64,000 bases of DNA from an uncultured Alphaproteobacteria bacterium (GCA_963718925.1 CAVRAH010000003.1:193979-257978), one strand, 5' to 3'. Counted from the first letter of the stretch, positions 48,921 to 60,558 are shown. Notes: generated by a model not told the origin, from the letters alone. A program made the numbers and translations.

Positions 48921-49207
48921 GGTTGTCTCCTCAGGTTCGGCGCTGCAGGCGCCATCGGTGAAAAGCACTGCCCCGCAGCGTCTCCCTGGAGCGGCGAGGC
49001 GTTCGGGTTGATAGAAGCCTACGCCGGGGAGGGTGAACGAAACCGGGACGACTGTTTCAGCGAGGGTTCATCTTGGTGAAATTGTCGTAATTCCGGGCAT
49101 TAAATACCTGCCGGGACGATCTGCCGAATGTCACCTGATCGCTTGCCGTGCACCGGCAGCGTCGATATAAGCCCGCAACTTCCATCAGCGCTTCCAAGGA
49201 CGAAATC

Positions 49208-49630
49208 ATGGCGATCGAACGCACCTTTTCCATCATCAAGCCGGACGCGACCGCGCGCAATCTGACCGGCGCCATCAATGCGCTGATCGAGAAGGCGGGG
49301 CTGCGCATCGTTGCCCAGAAGCGTATTCGCATGACCCGCGAACAGGCCGAGACGTTCTATGCCGTTCACAAGGCGCGTCCCTTCTTCGGCGAACTGGTGG
49401 ACTTCATGACTTCCGGTCCGGTCGTCGTTCAGGTTCTCGAAGGTGAAAACGCGGTCCTCAAGCACCGCGACGTGATGGGTGCGACCGATCCTTCCAAGGC
49501 GGCTGAAGGCACGATCCGCAAGCTGCACGCAAAGTCCATCGGCGAAAATTCGGTGCACGGTTCCGATGCGCCCGAGACGGCGGCCATCGAGATCGCCCAG
49601 TTCTTCTCGGGCAACGAAATCGTCGGCTGA
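49208..49630 (+). CDS. ndk: Nucleoside-diphosphate kinase
   Basis: [14 protein letters not shown].. and active-site NSVHGSD. Confidence 0.96.
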   Translation: MAIERTFSIIKPDATARNLTGAINALIEKAGLRIVAQKRIRMTREQAETFYAVHKARPFFGELVDFMTSGPVVVQVLEGENAVLKHRDVMGATDPSKAAEGTIRKLHAKSIGENSVHGSDAPETAAIEIAQFFSGNEIVG

Positions 49631-49705
49631 TTGCCTCCGCGTCGGCACGCAATTCTGGTCGACGATAGGCGCATGGGGCAGCGGCTTGCGCCAAGGGGGT
49701 AGGCT

Positions 49706-50575
49706 GTGAACTGGCTGTTGCAGGTCGTCGATCCCGCAAATATCGGCGCCTTTTTCACGCAGGTTCAAGCCGACATGCAAACGCCTTCGTTCTGGCTGGC
49801 GGTCGGCAAGATCATCTGGATCAACGTGCTGTTGTCCGGCGACAATGCGCTGGTGATCGCGATGGCTTGCCGCGGCCTGCACGGCCGGCACCGGCTGTGG
49901 GGCATGATCGTCGGCGCCGGCATTGCGGTGGTGCTGCTGATCACCTTCACCGGCATCGTGGCAACGCTGATGGCGTTGCCCTATCTGAAACTCGTCGGCG
50001 GCATCGCGCTGCTCGTCATCGCCGCCAAGCTTCTGGTGCCCGAAGACGAGGGCGACGAGATCGCCGCGGGCACCACGCTCTGGCATGCGATCCGCATCGT
50101 CGTCATTGCCGACATCATCATGAGCCTGGACAATGTGATCGCGGTCGCGGCTGCCGCGAACGGTCGGCTCTCGCTGTTGATCCTCGGCCTCGCTATCAGC
50201 ATTCCCATGATTATCGCCGGTGCGGCGCTGATCATGATGGTGCTCGACCGTTTTCCCATCCTGGTCTGGCTGGGCGCGACCTTGCTCGGCTGGATCGCCG
50301 GCGACGTGATCGAGAGCGATCCGGCGGTTCAACCCGTCCTGCATCGGCTTCTCGATGGCACCATTGCACTCAGTCTCGATGCAAAATCGGCGGTTTTCGG
50401 GGTATCGCCGCATTTCAATGTCGAGGGAGAACTGGTCGGATATATCGCTTCCGTGCTCGGCGCGATCACCGTGTTGGTCGCGGGATCGATCTGGCGAAAG
50501 CGCAAGCTGCGAGGGCTTGAACATCTCGCGCTGCCGGATGCTGCGGAATTGGCCCAGCCGGTGGACCGGCCGTAG
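49706..50575 (+). CDS. TerC/YjbE-family integral membrane protein
   Basis: GTG start. Repeated motifs LSGDNALVIA and SLDNVIAVA. Confidence 0.85.
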   Translation: MNWLLQVVDPANIGAFFTQVQADMQTPSFWLAVGKIIWINVLLSGDNALVIAMACRGLHGRHRLWGMIVGAGIAVVLLITFTGIVATLMALPYLKLVGGIALLVIAAKLLVPEDEGDEIAAGTTLWHAIRIVVIADIIMSLDNVIAVAAAANGRLSLLILGLAISIPMIIAGAALIMMVLDRFPILVWLGATLLGWIAGDVIESDPAVQPVLHRLLDGTIALSLDAKSAVFGVSPHFNVEGELVGYIASVLGAITVLVAGSIWRKRKLRGLEHLALPDAAELAQPVDRP

Positions 50576-50615
50576 ATGCTCACTTGGCGACCGCATCGCC
50601 GTAGGTCGATCGGAT

Positions 50616-52118
50616 TCAGCGCCTCACGATCAATCCGGAACGGCCGACCAGCCGTGCGAGCTGTCTGAAACGGCCGCCGACGCGGTCGGCGACCAGATCG
50701 ACCAGCCTGTGCTCGAAAACCAGAATCAGCTTGCGGCCGCTGGTGCGAAAATGGGTGGCCGGCAATACGCCCGTGCGCGCCGCCGATATCAGGTGGGCGA
50801 CACGAAATGCGGCGCCGAGCAGGCGTGCGCGCTCCAGCATCGACGGCGGCACCAGCCCCCGAATAATCGCCGGCGGTTCGTTCTGCTCGCTCAGGCCGGC
50901 ATAGCGGTAGAACACCGACAACGCGACAAACACCCTGCCTTGGTGGCTGATGGAGCCGAAATTGCCGTTGGTGATGAGATTGAGCGTTTCCTCACCGCGA
51001 TGATCGGGATGCACCCGCCATCCGATGTCCGATAACAGGCAGGCGGCATGGCGCAGCCGGCGATCCTCTTCCGTCTCGCGCAACTTGACGACCCGCACCA
51101 GACGATCGGTCCATTCGATCAACTCGCGGGCGTGGCGAGCGGATCGCGACAAGAGTTCGTTCAGCTCCTGCGCGGCGCAGATAAATCCGTCGCGGGAGCG
51201 CTCGGTCTCCGGCAGCATTTCGTAGAGGAGTCCCTCGCGCACCCCGAAAGTCGAAAACACGATGGTCTTCGGCTTGGCAACGCGAATGATGTATTCGAGA
51301 ACAAGCGCGGCGTAGGCCAGCAATGGCCGCCGCGCATCGGCGACGGCTTCGATATTGGCCAGCATGTTCGCCGAAACCAGGCGGCGCAGGCGCCGTGCGA
51401 AATCGAGCGCGTCCTGAGCCGGGATGGAATAGCCGTGCATCACCCCCAACGGGTATTCGCTCTGGATGATGTGGATGCGCGCCAGGGCGCGCCATGTTCC
51501 TCCGACCGCGTAAAAGGCGCGGCCGCGGCCGGCCTTGAGCTGGGCGACGTCGGCAAGCTCGGCCTTGACGATGCGTTCGGCGCGCTTCAGCGACTTGTGC
51601 GAGAGATCCTGCAGCGCCAGGCTTCCGAGCGGCAGCGTGACGCCGCCGCGGGCGCGGCTGCCGTGCACGTCGATCAGTTCCAGCGAGCCGCCGCCGAGAT
51701 CGCCGACGATGCCGTCCGGCTTGTGCACGCCGGAGACGACGCCGAGCGCGGATAATCTCGCTTCGCGCGGACCCGACAGGATTTCGATTCGTACGCCGCA
51801 GATCCGCTCGGCCTTGGCGATGAAGTCCGGACCATTGCTGGCGTCGCGGCAGGCGGCTGTCGCGATCGCATGCACGCGGCCGACCCTCATCACCCTGCAT
51901 AGGGCGCGAAAGCGCCGTAACGACGTCAACGCCTTGGTGACGGCGTCCGGTGCCAGCAGACCGGTAGACTGGACCTCCCGGCCGAGGCCGCAGAGGGTCT
52001 TCTCGTTGAAGATCGTGATCAGGCTGCGCGCCATCGCCTCATAGACGACGAGGCGCACCGAATTCGAGCCAATGTCGATGACCGCGACGCTGGAGGCGCG
52101 CTTGCGCGGCCGCTTCAC
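50616..52118 (-). CDS. ppx: Exopolyphosphatase (Ppx/GppA family)
   Basis: 500 aa. AVIDIGSNSVRLVV and DLGGGSLE actin-like ATPase motifs. Adjacent to ppk. Confidence 0.9.
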   Translation of the reverse strand: MKRPRKRASSVAVIDIGSNSVRLVVYEAMARSLITIFNEKTLCGLGREVQSTGLLAPDAVTKALTSLRRFRALCRVMRVGRVHAIATAACRDASNGPDFIAKAERICGVRIEILSGPREARLSALGVVSGVHKPDGIVGDLGGGSLELIDVHGSRARGGVTLPLGSLALQDLSHKSLKRAERIVKAELADVAQLKAGRGRAFYAVGGTWRALARIHIIQSEYPLGVMHGYSIPAQDALDFARRLRRLVSANMLANIEAVADARRPLLAYAALVLEYIIRVAKPKTIVFSTFGVREGLLYEMLPETERSRDGFICAAQELNELLSRSARHARELIEWTDRLVRVVKLRETEEDRRLRHAACLLSDIGWRVHPDHRGEETLNLITNGNFGSISHQGRVFVALSVFYRYAGLSEQNEPPAIIRGLVPPSMLERARLLGAAFRVAHLISAARTGVLPATHFRTSGRKLILVFEHRLVDLVADRVGGRFRQLARLVGRSGLIVRR

Positions 52119-52130
52119 TGGACGATCCCC

Positions 52131-54332
52131 TTATGACGATTGCTGACGTTCGGTTCGGCGCGTGAGCCGGCGCGGCGATGATTCCTGAAGCGACTTTCCA
52201 CGGCCTGACAGACTCGGATTCGTCATGAAATAATTATGCAGATTGAAGGGCTCCTCGCCCTTTGCGGCTTTCATACGCGTTGACGATCCGTCGGGCAATA
52301 ACTGCCAGCTTTGCTCGGTATCCTTGAGATTCGCGACCATGATTTGCTCGAGAACCTGCTGATGTACCGTGGGATTCTGCAACGGACAGAGGATCTCGAC
52401 ACGGCGATCGAGGTTGCGCGGCATCATGTCGGCCGAGGAGATATACACAGCAGCTTTCGCGCTCGGCAGGCCCTGTCCCATTCCGAAGCAATAGATCCGG
52501 CCGTGCTCGAGGAAGCGGCCAATGACCGACTTGACGCGGATATTCTCTGAAAGCCCCGGAATGCCTGGTCGCAGGCAACAAATTCCGCGCACCACAAGCT
52601 CGATCGAAACGCCGGCCTGGGAAGCCTCATAAAGGGCGTCGATGATCTCCGGATCGACCAGCGAATTCATCTTCAACCAGATCGCGGCGGGTTTGCCGTG
52701 ACGGGCGAAGGTGGTCTCGCCGTGAATGTGTTCGAGCATTCGCTTGCGCAGGGTGAGCGGCGACACCGCCATCTTCTCGATGTCGCTCGGCTCGGCGTAA
52801 CCGGTGATGTAGTTGAAGACCCGCGCGGCGTCCCGTCCGATGATCGGATCGGAGGTGAAGTAGGAAAGATCAGTATAGATGCGCGCGGTCACGGGATGGT
52901 AGTTGCCGGTGCCGGTGTGCACATAGGTCGTCAGGCTGCCGCCCTCGCGGCGCACGATCAGGGACAGCTTGGCGTGGGTTTTCAGTTCAATGAATCCGTA
53001 CACGACCTGAACGCCGGCGCGCTCGAGGTCGCGTGCCCAGCGGATGTTGGCTTCCTCATCGAACCGCGCCTTGAGTTCGATCAGGGCGGTCACCGACTTT
53101 CCCGCCTCCGCGGCTTCGGCGAGCGCGCGCACGATCGGAGAATTGTTCGAGGTGCGATAGAGCGTCTGCTTGATGGCGACGACGTCGGGGTCACGCGCGG
53201 CCTGTTGCAGGAACTGCACGACGACGTCGAACGATTCGTAGGGGTGGTGGACGATCAGATCCTTCTGCCGAATGGCGGCGAAGATATCACCGCCATGATC
53301 GCGCACGCGCTCGGGGTGACGGGGTACATAGGGCGTGAATTCGAGATCGGGCCGGTCGAGCCGGGTCAGCTGTGACAGCTCGTTCATTGCCAGCACGCCA
53401 TCGACCAAAAGAACCTCGTCGTCGGCGGTTGCGAGCGCGCGCTGGACGAAGGCGCGGAGCTCTTCGGGCATCTTGGCTTCGATCTCGAGCCGGATCACCG
53501 ATCCACGCCGCCGCCGCTTCAGCGCGCTTTCGAACAGGCGGACCAGATCTTCCGCCTCTTCCTCGATTTCCAGTTCGGAATCCCTGATGATGCGGAAGGC
53601 CCCCTGGCCTTTGACGGTATAGCCGGGGAACAACCGGCCGATGAACAGGCCGGTAGCCTGCTCAAGCGTGATCAGCCGCACCGCGCCATCCTTGCCCGCG
53701 GGCAGGCGGATGAAGCGGTCGATCTTGCCGGGCATGCGAATGAGGGCGTTCATCGGCTTGCCGTCGGAGACCCGCGCCAGCTGCAGCGCGACGGTAAATC
53801 CGAGGCTCGGGATGAAGGGGAAGGGGTGCGCGGGGTCGATCGCGAGCGGTGTCAGCAACGGGAAAATGTTGTGGAGGAAATGGTCCTCGATCCAGACCCG
53901 CTCCGACTTGGTGACATCGCGGCCATCGACGAGAACGATCCCCACGTCGGCCAGGATGCCGCGCAGATCGCGCCAGATCGCCTGCTGGTCGTTGGCGAGT
54001 TTTGAGACCGTCTCGTTGATGAGAACAAGCTGCTCGGCGGGCGTCAGGCCGTCGGGGCTGCGCTCGGTAATGCCCTCCCGCACCTGGGCCTTGATGCCGG
54101 CGACGCGGACCATAAAGAACTCATCAAGGTTATTGGCGGAAATCGAGAGAAATCTCACTCGCTCAAGCGCGGGGTGGCCGGGATTGACCGATTCTTCCAG
54201 CACCCGTCGATTGAAATGCAGCCAGGAAAGCTCGCGGTTGATGAAGCGTTCGGGGCTGCTGGCCATGCTCGGTGCCGCCGAGGGTTCGACATCTTTTTCT
54301 TTAGTTACAATGGTTTGCGCGGATTCCATCAA
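52131..54332 (-). CDS. ppk1: Polyphosphate kinase 1
   Basis: 733 aa. [19 protein letters not shown]-terminus and two PLD-like C-terminal domains. Confidence 0.95.
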   Translation of the reverse strand: MMESAQTIVTKEKDVEPSAAPSMASSPERFINRELSWLHFNRRVLEESVNPGHPALERVRFLSISANNLDEFFMVRVAGIKAQVREGITERSPDGLTPAEQLVLINETVSKLANDQQAIWRDLRGILADVGIVLVDGRDVTKSERVWIEDHFLHNIFPLLTPLAIDPAHPFPFIPSLGFTVALQLARVSDGKPMNALIRMPGKIDRFIRLPAGKDGAVRLITLEQATGLFIGRLFPGYTVKGQGAFRIIRDSELEIEEEAEDLVRLFESALKRRRRGSVIRLEIEAKMPEELRAFVQRALATADDEVLLVDGVLAMNELSQLTRLDRPDLEFTPYVPRHPERVRDHGGDIFAAIRQKDLIVHHPYESFDVVVQFLQQAARDPDVVAIKQTLYRTSNNSPIVRALAEAAEAGKSVTALIELKARFDEEANIRWARDLERAGVQVVYGFIELKTHAKLSLIVRREGGSLTTYVHTGTGNYHPVTARIYTDLSYFTSDPIIGRDAARVFNYITGYAEPSDIEKMAVSPLTLRKRMLEHIHGETTFARHGKPAAIWLKMNSLVDPEIIDALYEASQAGVSIELVVRGICCLRPGIPGLSENIRVKSVIGRFLEHGRIYCFGMGQGLPSAKAAVYISSADMMPRNLDRRVEILCPLQNPTVHQQVLEQIMVANLKDTEQSWQLLPDGSSTRMKAAKGEEPFNLHNYFMTNPSLSGRGKSLQESSPRRLTRRTERQQSS

Positions 54333-54467
54333 GCTTTAATCCATCTTAGGGGCAGGCTGCATGGCCATTCGGGCAGGGGACGGCGCAAACCATGTGTGAT
54401 CGCGGTGACGTTTCGATGACCATGATGTTCTCGCCGCGCCCGGCGTCAAGGTGCGAAGGGGCGCCGA

Positions 54468-55178
54468 TCAGGTATTGCTGCGGAACAGGTCGGCCGCCAG
54501 CGCCCGGGTGACCGGCCTGCCGAGCCGCAGGGCTTCGGTGTCGAGGAGCTCCACGGCGTGTCGCGCGGCCGCGTAAGAGCGCTCGATCCGGGTTGTGAGA
54601 TAGCTCACGACGGCCTCGTCGACGGCGAGTTGCCGGTCAGCGCAGAATTTGACGATCAGCGCGCGAAACAGATGATCGTCCGGCGGCAGCAGCAACACCG
54701 TCGGTATCGCGCGCAGCCGCGAGCGCAGGTCACGCAGCTCGATCTGAAGCGCCGACGGTGGCGCGCGGGCGGTGATCAGAACGAACGCCTGGTCTTCGCG
54801 GGCCAGATTCAAGAGATGAAACAATGCGCGTTCGTCGACATCGGAGGATTTCAGGTCTTCGACAACGAGCGCACCCGTCGCCAGCGCGCCCGGCACCGCC
54901 GCCGCGGTCAGCGCATGCGCCGATATCGAACGCGCGCCCGCCTGTTCCGCCCAAATCGCGGCGAGATGGCTCTTGCCGGAACCCTCGGCGCCGACCAGCA
55001 GCATGATCCGGTTTGGCCAGTCCGGCCAGCTATCGATCAGCGCAACGCCAGCGGCATTTGCCGGTCCCTCAAGGAAATCCTCGCGCTTAAAGCTCTCTGC
55101 GTGCGGCAGAGCAAATGCCAGCTGACGAGGTTGGACGCGGCCTGCCACGCAAGTCTCCGTGCCGGGATCGAGGCGCAC
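54468..55178 (-). CDS. hdaA: DnaA regulatory inactivator HdaA
   Basis: AAA+ Walker A GAEGSGKSHL. DnaA-domain-III-like. About 230 aa. The start is uncertain. Confidence 0.8.
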   Translation of the reverse strand: MRLDPGTETCVAGRVQPRQLAFALPHAESFKREDFLEGPANAAGVALIDSWPDWPNRIMLLVGAEGSGKSHLAAIWAEQAGARSISAHALTAAAVPGALATGALVVEDLKSSDVDERALFHLLNLAREDQAFVLITARAPPSALQIELRDLRSRLRAIPTVLLLPPDDHLFRALIVKFCADRQLAVDEAVVSYLTTRIERSYAAARHAVELLDTEALRLGRPVTRALAADLFRSNT

Positions 55179-55190
55179 GATCCGAGAGGC

Positions 55191-55733
55191 CTAACGTGCC
55201 TCGATCGTGCTCATATGCCGTACCCACTCCACGAGATAGAGGGATACGGAAACCAAAGTAAAGACCGTAACAAAGCCCATCAAAATCAGATCATACGGCA
55301 TCGGCTTGAAGCCGAAGCCGAGCGAGGCAAGGACAAGTGCCGCGAACGCCACCTGCGCTGCGGTATTGAGCTTCGACACCATCAACGGTTTCATCGGGAT
55401 CGGTTTGCCGAACAACCATGACACGATCACGGCGGTAACGATCATGATGTCGCGCGAGACCACGAGAATGACAATCCAGCGTGGAACGGCGCCCCAGATT
55501 CCCAACGCGATATAGATCGAGACCAGGAGCGCCTTGTCGGCCAGGGGGTCGAGCAGCGCCCCCAGTTCACTGGCCATGTTGAAGCGCTTGGCGAGGAAGC
55601 CGTCGACGGCGTCGCTGACGCCCGCGACGACGAAGATCGCGAATGCAATTTCCATCTGGCTGGAGGCAATCGCCCAGACGATAATCGGCACCAATATGAT
55701 GCGGCCCAGCGTAATGATATTTGGAATACTCAA
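55191..55733 (-). CDS. CDP-alcohol phosphatidyltransferase-family protein (PgsA-like)
   Basis: Motif DAVDGFLAKRF..SELGALLDPLADK. I prefer the TTG at 55733 (MSIPNIITLGR). The ORF stays open to 55877. Confidence 0.8.
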   Translation of the reverse strand: MSIPNIITLGRIILVPIIVWAIASSQMEIAFAIFVVAGVSDAVDGFLAKRFNMASELGALLDPLADKALLVSIYIALGIWGAVPRWIVILVVSRDIMIVTAVIVSWLFGKPIPMKPLMVSKLNTAAQVAFAALVLASLGFGFKPMPYDLILMGFVTVFTLVSVSLYLVEWVRHMSTIEAR

Positions 55734-55893
55734 CTCGGTCGTTTCCCGGCCACCGGCCTGATTTCCCGAAATATCCGGCCCCTTTGCAGCCCGAACCGGT
55801 TCTTGTCTACATAGTATATGCCTGCATGTGTTGCGAGCCATTGCACATGGGCGCAATCCGACGTAACCAGCCGCCATTCATCTGGAACAGGCC

Positions 55894-56967
55894 ATGGCCG
55901 AGCGCAGGAACGGGCTCACTTACGCAGATTCGGGCGTCGATATCGATGCGGGCAATCGCCTGGTCGATCTCATCAAGCCGATGGTTCGCGCCACGGCGCG
56001 GGCCGGCACGGAGGCCGAAATTGGCGGTTTCGGCGGACTGTTCGATCTGAAGGCAGCCGGGTTCAAGGATCCGGTTCTGGTCGCGGCGACCGACGGCGTC
56101 GGCACCAAGGTCAAGATCGCGATCGAGACCGGCCTGCACGACGGTATCGGGATTGACCTGGTGGCGATGTCGGTCAACGACCTTGTGGTACAGGGCGCAG
56201 AACCGTTGTTCTTTCTGGACTATTTCGCCTGCGGGAAGCTCGATCCGGACGCTGCCGCCGCGATCGTCGCTGGCGTGGCCGAGGCTTGCCGGGAATCCGG
56301 CTGCGCGCTGATCGGGGGCGAGACCGCTGAAATGCCGGGGCTCTACAAGGGGGGCGATTACGACCTCGCGGGCTTTGCGGTCGGCGCCGCCGAACGGGGC
56401 ACGCTGCTGCCGCGGCCGGACATCGCCGCCGGTGACGCCGTGCTCGGCCTTGCCTCGTCGGGCGTTCACTCCAACGGATTTTCCCTGGTCCGCAAGATTG
56501 TCGAAGCCTCGGGCCTTCCGTTCGAGGCAAAGGCACCGTTTTCGCCGGTAATGACATTGGGCGGCGCGCTGCTGACGCCGACGCGGCTCTACGTAAAGTC
56601 GTGCCTGCGCGCGATTCGGGAGACCGGCGCGGTCAAGGGGCTCGCGCACATTACCGGCGGCGGTTTCACCGATAATATTCCCCGTGTGTTGCCCAAGCAC
56701 CTCGGCGTCGGAATCGATCTCGCACGCCTGCCAGTACTACCGGTCTTCAAATGGCTGGCGGGGCAGGGGAACATCGCCGAACTCGAATTGCTGCGTACGT
56801 TCAACTGCGGGATCGGCATGATCGCCATCGTCAAGCCGGACGCTGTTGAAAAGGTAAGCGAAGTTTTCGCGGAAGCCGGCGAGAGCGTGACGCTGTTGGG
56901 CGAGGTGATCCCGGCAGAGGGCGAGCATCGCGTGGTCTATAACGGCCATCTCGATCTCGCATGGTGA
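55894..56967 (+). CDS. purM: Phosphoribosylformylglycinamidine cyclo-ligase
   Basis: 357 aa. [14 protein letters not shown].. and DGVGTK. Confidence 0.96.
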   Translation: MAERRNGLTYADSGVDIDAGNRLVDLIKPMVRATARAGTEAEIGGFGGLFDLKAAGFKDPVLVAATDGVGTKVKIAIETGLHDGIGIDLVAMSVNDLVVQGAEPLFFLDYFACGKLDPDAAAAIVAGVAEACRESGCALIGGETAEMPGLYKGGDYDLAGFAVGAAERGTLLPRPDIAAGDAVLGLASSGVHSNGFSLVRKIVEASGLPFEAKAPFSPVMTLGGALLTPTRLYVKSCLRAIRETGAVKGLAHITGGGFTDNIPRVLPKHLGVGIDLARLPVLPVFKWLAGQGNIAELELLRTFNCGIGMIAIVKPDAVEKVSEVFAEAGESVTLLGEVIPAEGEHRVVYNGHLDLAW

Positions 56968-56971
56968 GGCC

Positions 56972-57637
56972 GTGAAGCGCCGCGTCGCAATCCTGATTTC
57001 GGGGCGCGGATCGAACATGGCCGCGCTGATCAAGGCCGCCGCGGCGGCGGATTTCCCTGCCGAGATCTCGGTCGTGATTTCCAACAGGGCAGACGCTGGC
57101 GGTCTTGAAAAGGCCAGGGCATCCGGCATCCCCACGGTGACCATCGAGAGCAAGCCGTTTGGCAAGGATCGTGCGGCGTTCGAGGCGGTTCTGCAGTCGG
57201 CGCTGGACGAACGCCGCGTCGACCTGATCTGCCTCGGCGGTTTCATGCGGCTGTTCACGGGTGAGTTCGCGCAACGCTGGTATGGAAGGATGCTCAATAT
57301 TCATCCATCGCTACTGCCTGCATTTCCCGGACTCGATCCTCACGGCCAGGCGCTAAGTGCCGGGGTCAAAATCTCCGGAGCTACCGTCCATTTCGTCATT
57401 CCGGAGACCGACGCGGGACCCATTCTGATGCAGGGTGCGGTCGCAGTTCACGATGACGATACGCCGGAAGCGCTGTCGGAGCGCATCCTCGAGATCGAAC
57501 ATCGAATCTATCCGGACGCGCTGCGCCTGCTGGCCAGCGGCAGGGTGCGTATCGAGGGCGATGCCTGCAAAGTGGAAGGCGGCACCGGCCCGAGCGAACC
57601 GTTGATCTCACCGGCGGCGACTTCGCGGGGCGCTTAG
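56972..57637 (+). CDS. purN: Phosphoribosylglycinamide formyltransferase
   Basis: GTG start. ILISGRGSNM and NIHPSLLP. Confidence 0.94.
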   Translation: MKRRVAILISGRGSNMAALIKAAAAADFPAEISVVISNRADAGGLEKARASGIPTVTIESKPFGKDRAAFEAVLQSALDERRVDLICLGGFMRLFTGEFAQRWYGRMLNIHPSLLPAFPGLDPHGQALSAGVKISGATVHFVIPETDAGPILMQGAVAVHDDDTPEALSERILEIEHRIYPDALRLLASGRVRIEGDACKVEGGTGPSEPLISPAATSRGA

Positions 57638-57640
57638 GAA

Positions 57641-57667
57641 ACAAAATCCCCCGGCATTGGCCGGGGG
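57641..57667 (-). terminator. Rho-independent terminator of cspA
   Basis: On the minus strand: cccccggc-caat-gccggggg (8-bp stem) followed by attttgttt. Confidence 0.7.
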
Positions 57668-57702
57668 TGCATCAGGATTGCTTGCGCGGATCGTGACGAG
57701 GC

Positions 57703-57906
57703 TTAGGAGACCTTCAGATTTTCCGCGGAGGTTTTGCCGCGATTTTCCACAAGGTCGTATTCGATAACCTGATTTTCGTTGAGGGTCGTGAGCCCAGCGC
57801 GCTCGACCGCCGAGATATGGACGAACACGTCCTTATCGCCGACCATCGGCTTGATGAACCCATAACCCTTTGTCGGGTTGAACCACTTGACGGTGCCTTT
57901 TTGCAT
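57703..57906 (-). CDS. cspA: Cold-shock protein (CspA family)
   Basis: 67 aa. GTVKWFNPTKGYGFI and VFVHISAV RNP motifs. Confidence 0.96.
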   Translation of the reverse strand: MQKGTVKWFNPTKGYGFIKPMVGDKDVFVHISAVERAGLTTLNENQVIEYDLVENRGKTSAENLKVS

Positions 57907-58267
57907 CGCCTGTCTCCTGGTCTAGACGTAAAAAAGACGCGGCCACGCTTTACGCGCGCCACGCCACAAGCGGGCTTCCGGATGTCTGCTCAATTTCCTA
58001 GTCGCGAAACGCACAGCCGATCGGCCTAATTCCGATTGTGTCAGGGATTGCAACACGAAATTTGCGCGTTAGCAAGCTTCTGGCGCGGCTTGGGAAATCA
58101 GTAGTGCGGGGGCCACCCTGTGGCTCGGGAACAACAAGGCCGGGCAATCGTCCTTGGCCGGCGGCCATCATCGATTGACGCTTCCTCCGAACTGGGGGCA
58201 AATCGCCCCGGCTGGCGGCTATTGGCCGTTTTTGTTGGGCTGGCGCTTTTTTTTGGGAATTGCGTTG

Positions 58268-59422
58268 ATGTGCTGCGCAATGCGGTCTTCGCGAGCAAGG
58301 GAGACCGGGGTCAGCCCGTGGCTCGTCAGAGCCTTCGCTATTATTTTCCTTTTCATCACGGCGGCTGGGTCGTCGGCTCAAGCGCAAACGCCGTCTCCAA
58401 GCCCAACCCCAAGCCCAACCCCGGCGCCGGCCCGGTCGCCGACCCCCGTTCCGGTACCCACGGCCATTAATTCCGATCTATCGGCCGGGGCCGCGGTGGC
58501 GAATCTCGGCAGCAACTTTCTGGAGCGACTCGGGGATCAGGCGACCGGCGGGTTCGGCCGAGCCTCCCGCAGCAATCCGGGCGGCGGCGGCGCTTCGGAG
58601 GCGACGGAGGCGCCGCCTTTCCGGACCTGGGGGGAGGCCTATGGAATCTCGACCAGGACCGGCCCGCAGGCCGATTTCGTCGGCGATCAGCGCCAGACCC
58701 AGGGCGGCGTCGCCGGACTGGGCGCCCGTGTTGCGCCTGGCGTCAATGTCGGCTTTTCGGTCGACCAGAGCCGCACCGCCATCGACGTACCGCTGGCGAT
58801 GCAGTCGGCCACGCTCGACCTCACCCAGCTCGGTTTTACGACCTCGGTGGACAGGGGCCCGTGGACATGGGCCATCGCTCTGGTTCACGGTTTCGGAAAG
58901 ATCAATTCCAGCCGGAACACCGGATCTGGCACCGCCAGCGCCGGTTACAACGGCCAGATCGACGGCGCGCTCACCGAGTTCAGCTACTACTGGAACATGG
59001 ACCAGAGCCGAATCGTGCCAAAGGCCGCGCTCGAATATGTTCGCGCTTCGACAGGCTCGTTCCAGGAGGTCGGCGGTCTCAATCCGGTGACGGCGACCGG
59101 TGCGACACTTGAGCGCTCACGGATCCTGCTGGGTGCGGAGATTGGTCGCTACTGGATCGTGGACCAAAAGGTCTTGGACTTGTCCGCGTACGGCAAGTTC
59201 GTCGACAATTTCGAGCAGAATTTCAACTCGGTCACCGTCAGCCTTGGTCCTGAGAGCATCACGGTCCAGGGCATCGGCGAAAGCAGATATGGTGCGGATG
59301 CGGGCGCGTCGGCCTCGCTCAGTCTGAGCAATACGGCGCGCCTTTACCTCAACTATGACGGCAAGTTTCGCGCCGCGCTGCAGTCGCATCAGGGGACGGT
59401 GGGACTGGAACTCAGGTGGTAG
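58268..59422 (+). CDS. Autotransporter outer-membrane beta-barrel protein with a very short passenger
   Basis: Signal peptide. (SP/TP) linker. About 280-aa C-terminal autotransporter beta-domain ending ..GTVGLELRW (terminal aromatic residue). An alternative ATG lies at 58280. Confidence 0.8.
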   Translation: MCCAMRSSRARETGVSPWLVRAFAIIFLFITAAGSSAQAQTPSPSPTPSPTPAPARSPTPVPVPTAINSDLSAGAAVANLGSNFLERLGDQATGGFGRASRSNPGGGGASEATEAPPFRTWGEAYGISTRTGPQADFVGDQRQTQGGVAGLGARVAPGVNVGFSVDQSRTAIDVPLAMQSATLDLTQLGFTTSVDRGPWTWAIALVHGFGKINSSRNTGSGTASAGYNGQIDGALTEFSYYWNMDQSRIVPKAALEYVRASTGSFQEVGGLNPVTATGATLERSRILLGAEIGRYWIVDQKVLDLSAYGKFVDNFEQNFNSVTVSLGPESITVQGIGESRYGADAGASASLSLSNTARLYLNYDGKFRAALQSHQGTVGLELRW

Positions 59423-59465
59423 CGCTGCGATCGGCCGTCCTGCGGCCGCGCCACGGAAAGCTCCA

Positions 59466-60521
59466 TCAGAACGGCTTGGCAGCAACATATCCCTGCAATC
59501 CGAAGCTCTCTCGCGATGCGGCCATGAGGGGTACGAGATCGTTGGGGTGAATGAATTCATCCCGGAAGCAAGGGTAGGTTTTGGCATCGAATATTTTTCT
59601 GAGCCAATCGATGACGATTTTGTGCCGTTCGGAGTTACGAAATTCCTTATGGTAGGTGAGCCATAGGTCGGCATGGTGGTTCACGCCCAGGTCGACCGGA
59701 ACCAAGTTTGCTCCCATCGCCACCGACGAGGTCGGCAGAAACCCCATTCCTGCGCCTCGTTCAATTGCGTACAGCACGCCTATGCTGGAGTTTGTCTTTA
59801 TTCCGACGATGCCCTCCAGTGACGTCAATCCCAAAATTCTGGCATAGGCAGAATCGTCGACCTGCGGCGCATGCTGCATGATCAGCCGATGACCCTTGAT
59901 TTCCGGAAGCGACGGAATGCCATAGAGCTTGCGGTATCCTTCCGACACGAAAGCATAAATGTGAAGTCTGCCAAGCTTTGCGACGATGAGGTCCGGATTT
60001 GTAGGGCGCTCGAGCTGAATGGCGATGTCGGCTTCCAGCCTTGCGACGTCGGCCTGCTCCATCGCGCAGCGAAGATCGACCGTGATTTTTCGGTAGGTTT
60101 TTTGGAAGTCGATCAACCGCGGAAGAATCCAGAAATTACCCGGCCCCTCCGTCACGGCGACGCGCACGGTGCCGGCGGTGTCGCTTGATGACTGAGCGGC
60201 GCGACGAAACAGGTTGTAGGCGTGACGTTCCATTTCCATAACGTCACTGATCATCGCAGCGCCTTCGTCGCTAAGGGTCAGCCCGCTCTGATCGCGCAAA
60301 AATAGCTTGCAGCCGATGCACTCCTCGAGCCGATCGATCCGGCGCATCAGCGTCGTGCTGGTTAGACCCAGTGCTTCGGCGGCGTTTCGGAAGCTCTTGT
60401 ATCTCGCACAGACGAGAAACGATTTTAAATCGTCCCAGGATGCATCCAGAACTTCGTCAGTCCGGTGCTGCGTCACCGCAGCACCCCGGTGCAATAGTTG
60501 CTGCATACCCCGAACCCTCAC
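59466..60521 (-). CDS. LysR-family transcriptional regulator
   Basis: N-terminal wHTH WDDLKSFLVCARYKSFRNAAEALGLTSTTLMRRIDRLEE plus a substrate-binding domain. The true start may be 60506 or 60476. Lower G+C than the flanks. Confidence 0.88.
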   Translation of the reverse strand: MRVRGMQQLLHRGAAVTQHRTDEVLDASWDDLKSFLVCARYKSFRNAAEALGLTSTTLMRRIDRLEECIGCKLFLRDQSGLTLSDEGAAMISDVMEMERHAYNLFRRAAQSSSDTAGTVRVAVTEGPGNFWILPRLIDFQKTYRKITVDLRCAMEQADVARLEADIAIQLERPTNPDLIVAKLGRLHIYAFVSEGYRKLYGIPSLPEIKGHRLIMQHAPQVDDSAYARILGLTSLEGIVGIKTNSSIGVLYAIERGAGMGFLPTSSVAMGANLVPVDLGVNHHADLWLTYHKEFRNSERHKIVIDWLRKIFDAKTYPCFRDEFIHPNDLVPLMAASRESFGLQGYVAAKPF

Positions 60522-60558
60522 CCGTTACAGTAGTTGCTGCGGGCAGGAGCAACGATAA

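Noticed and set aside
58047-58076. Possible sigma-70 promoter for cspA (cttgct-N18-tgcaat on the minus strand) with a ~150-nt leader
   Set aside because: The hexamers are only partial matches, and many similar strings occur by chance. It is not supportable without transcription start-site data.
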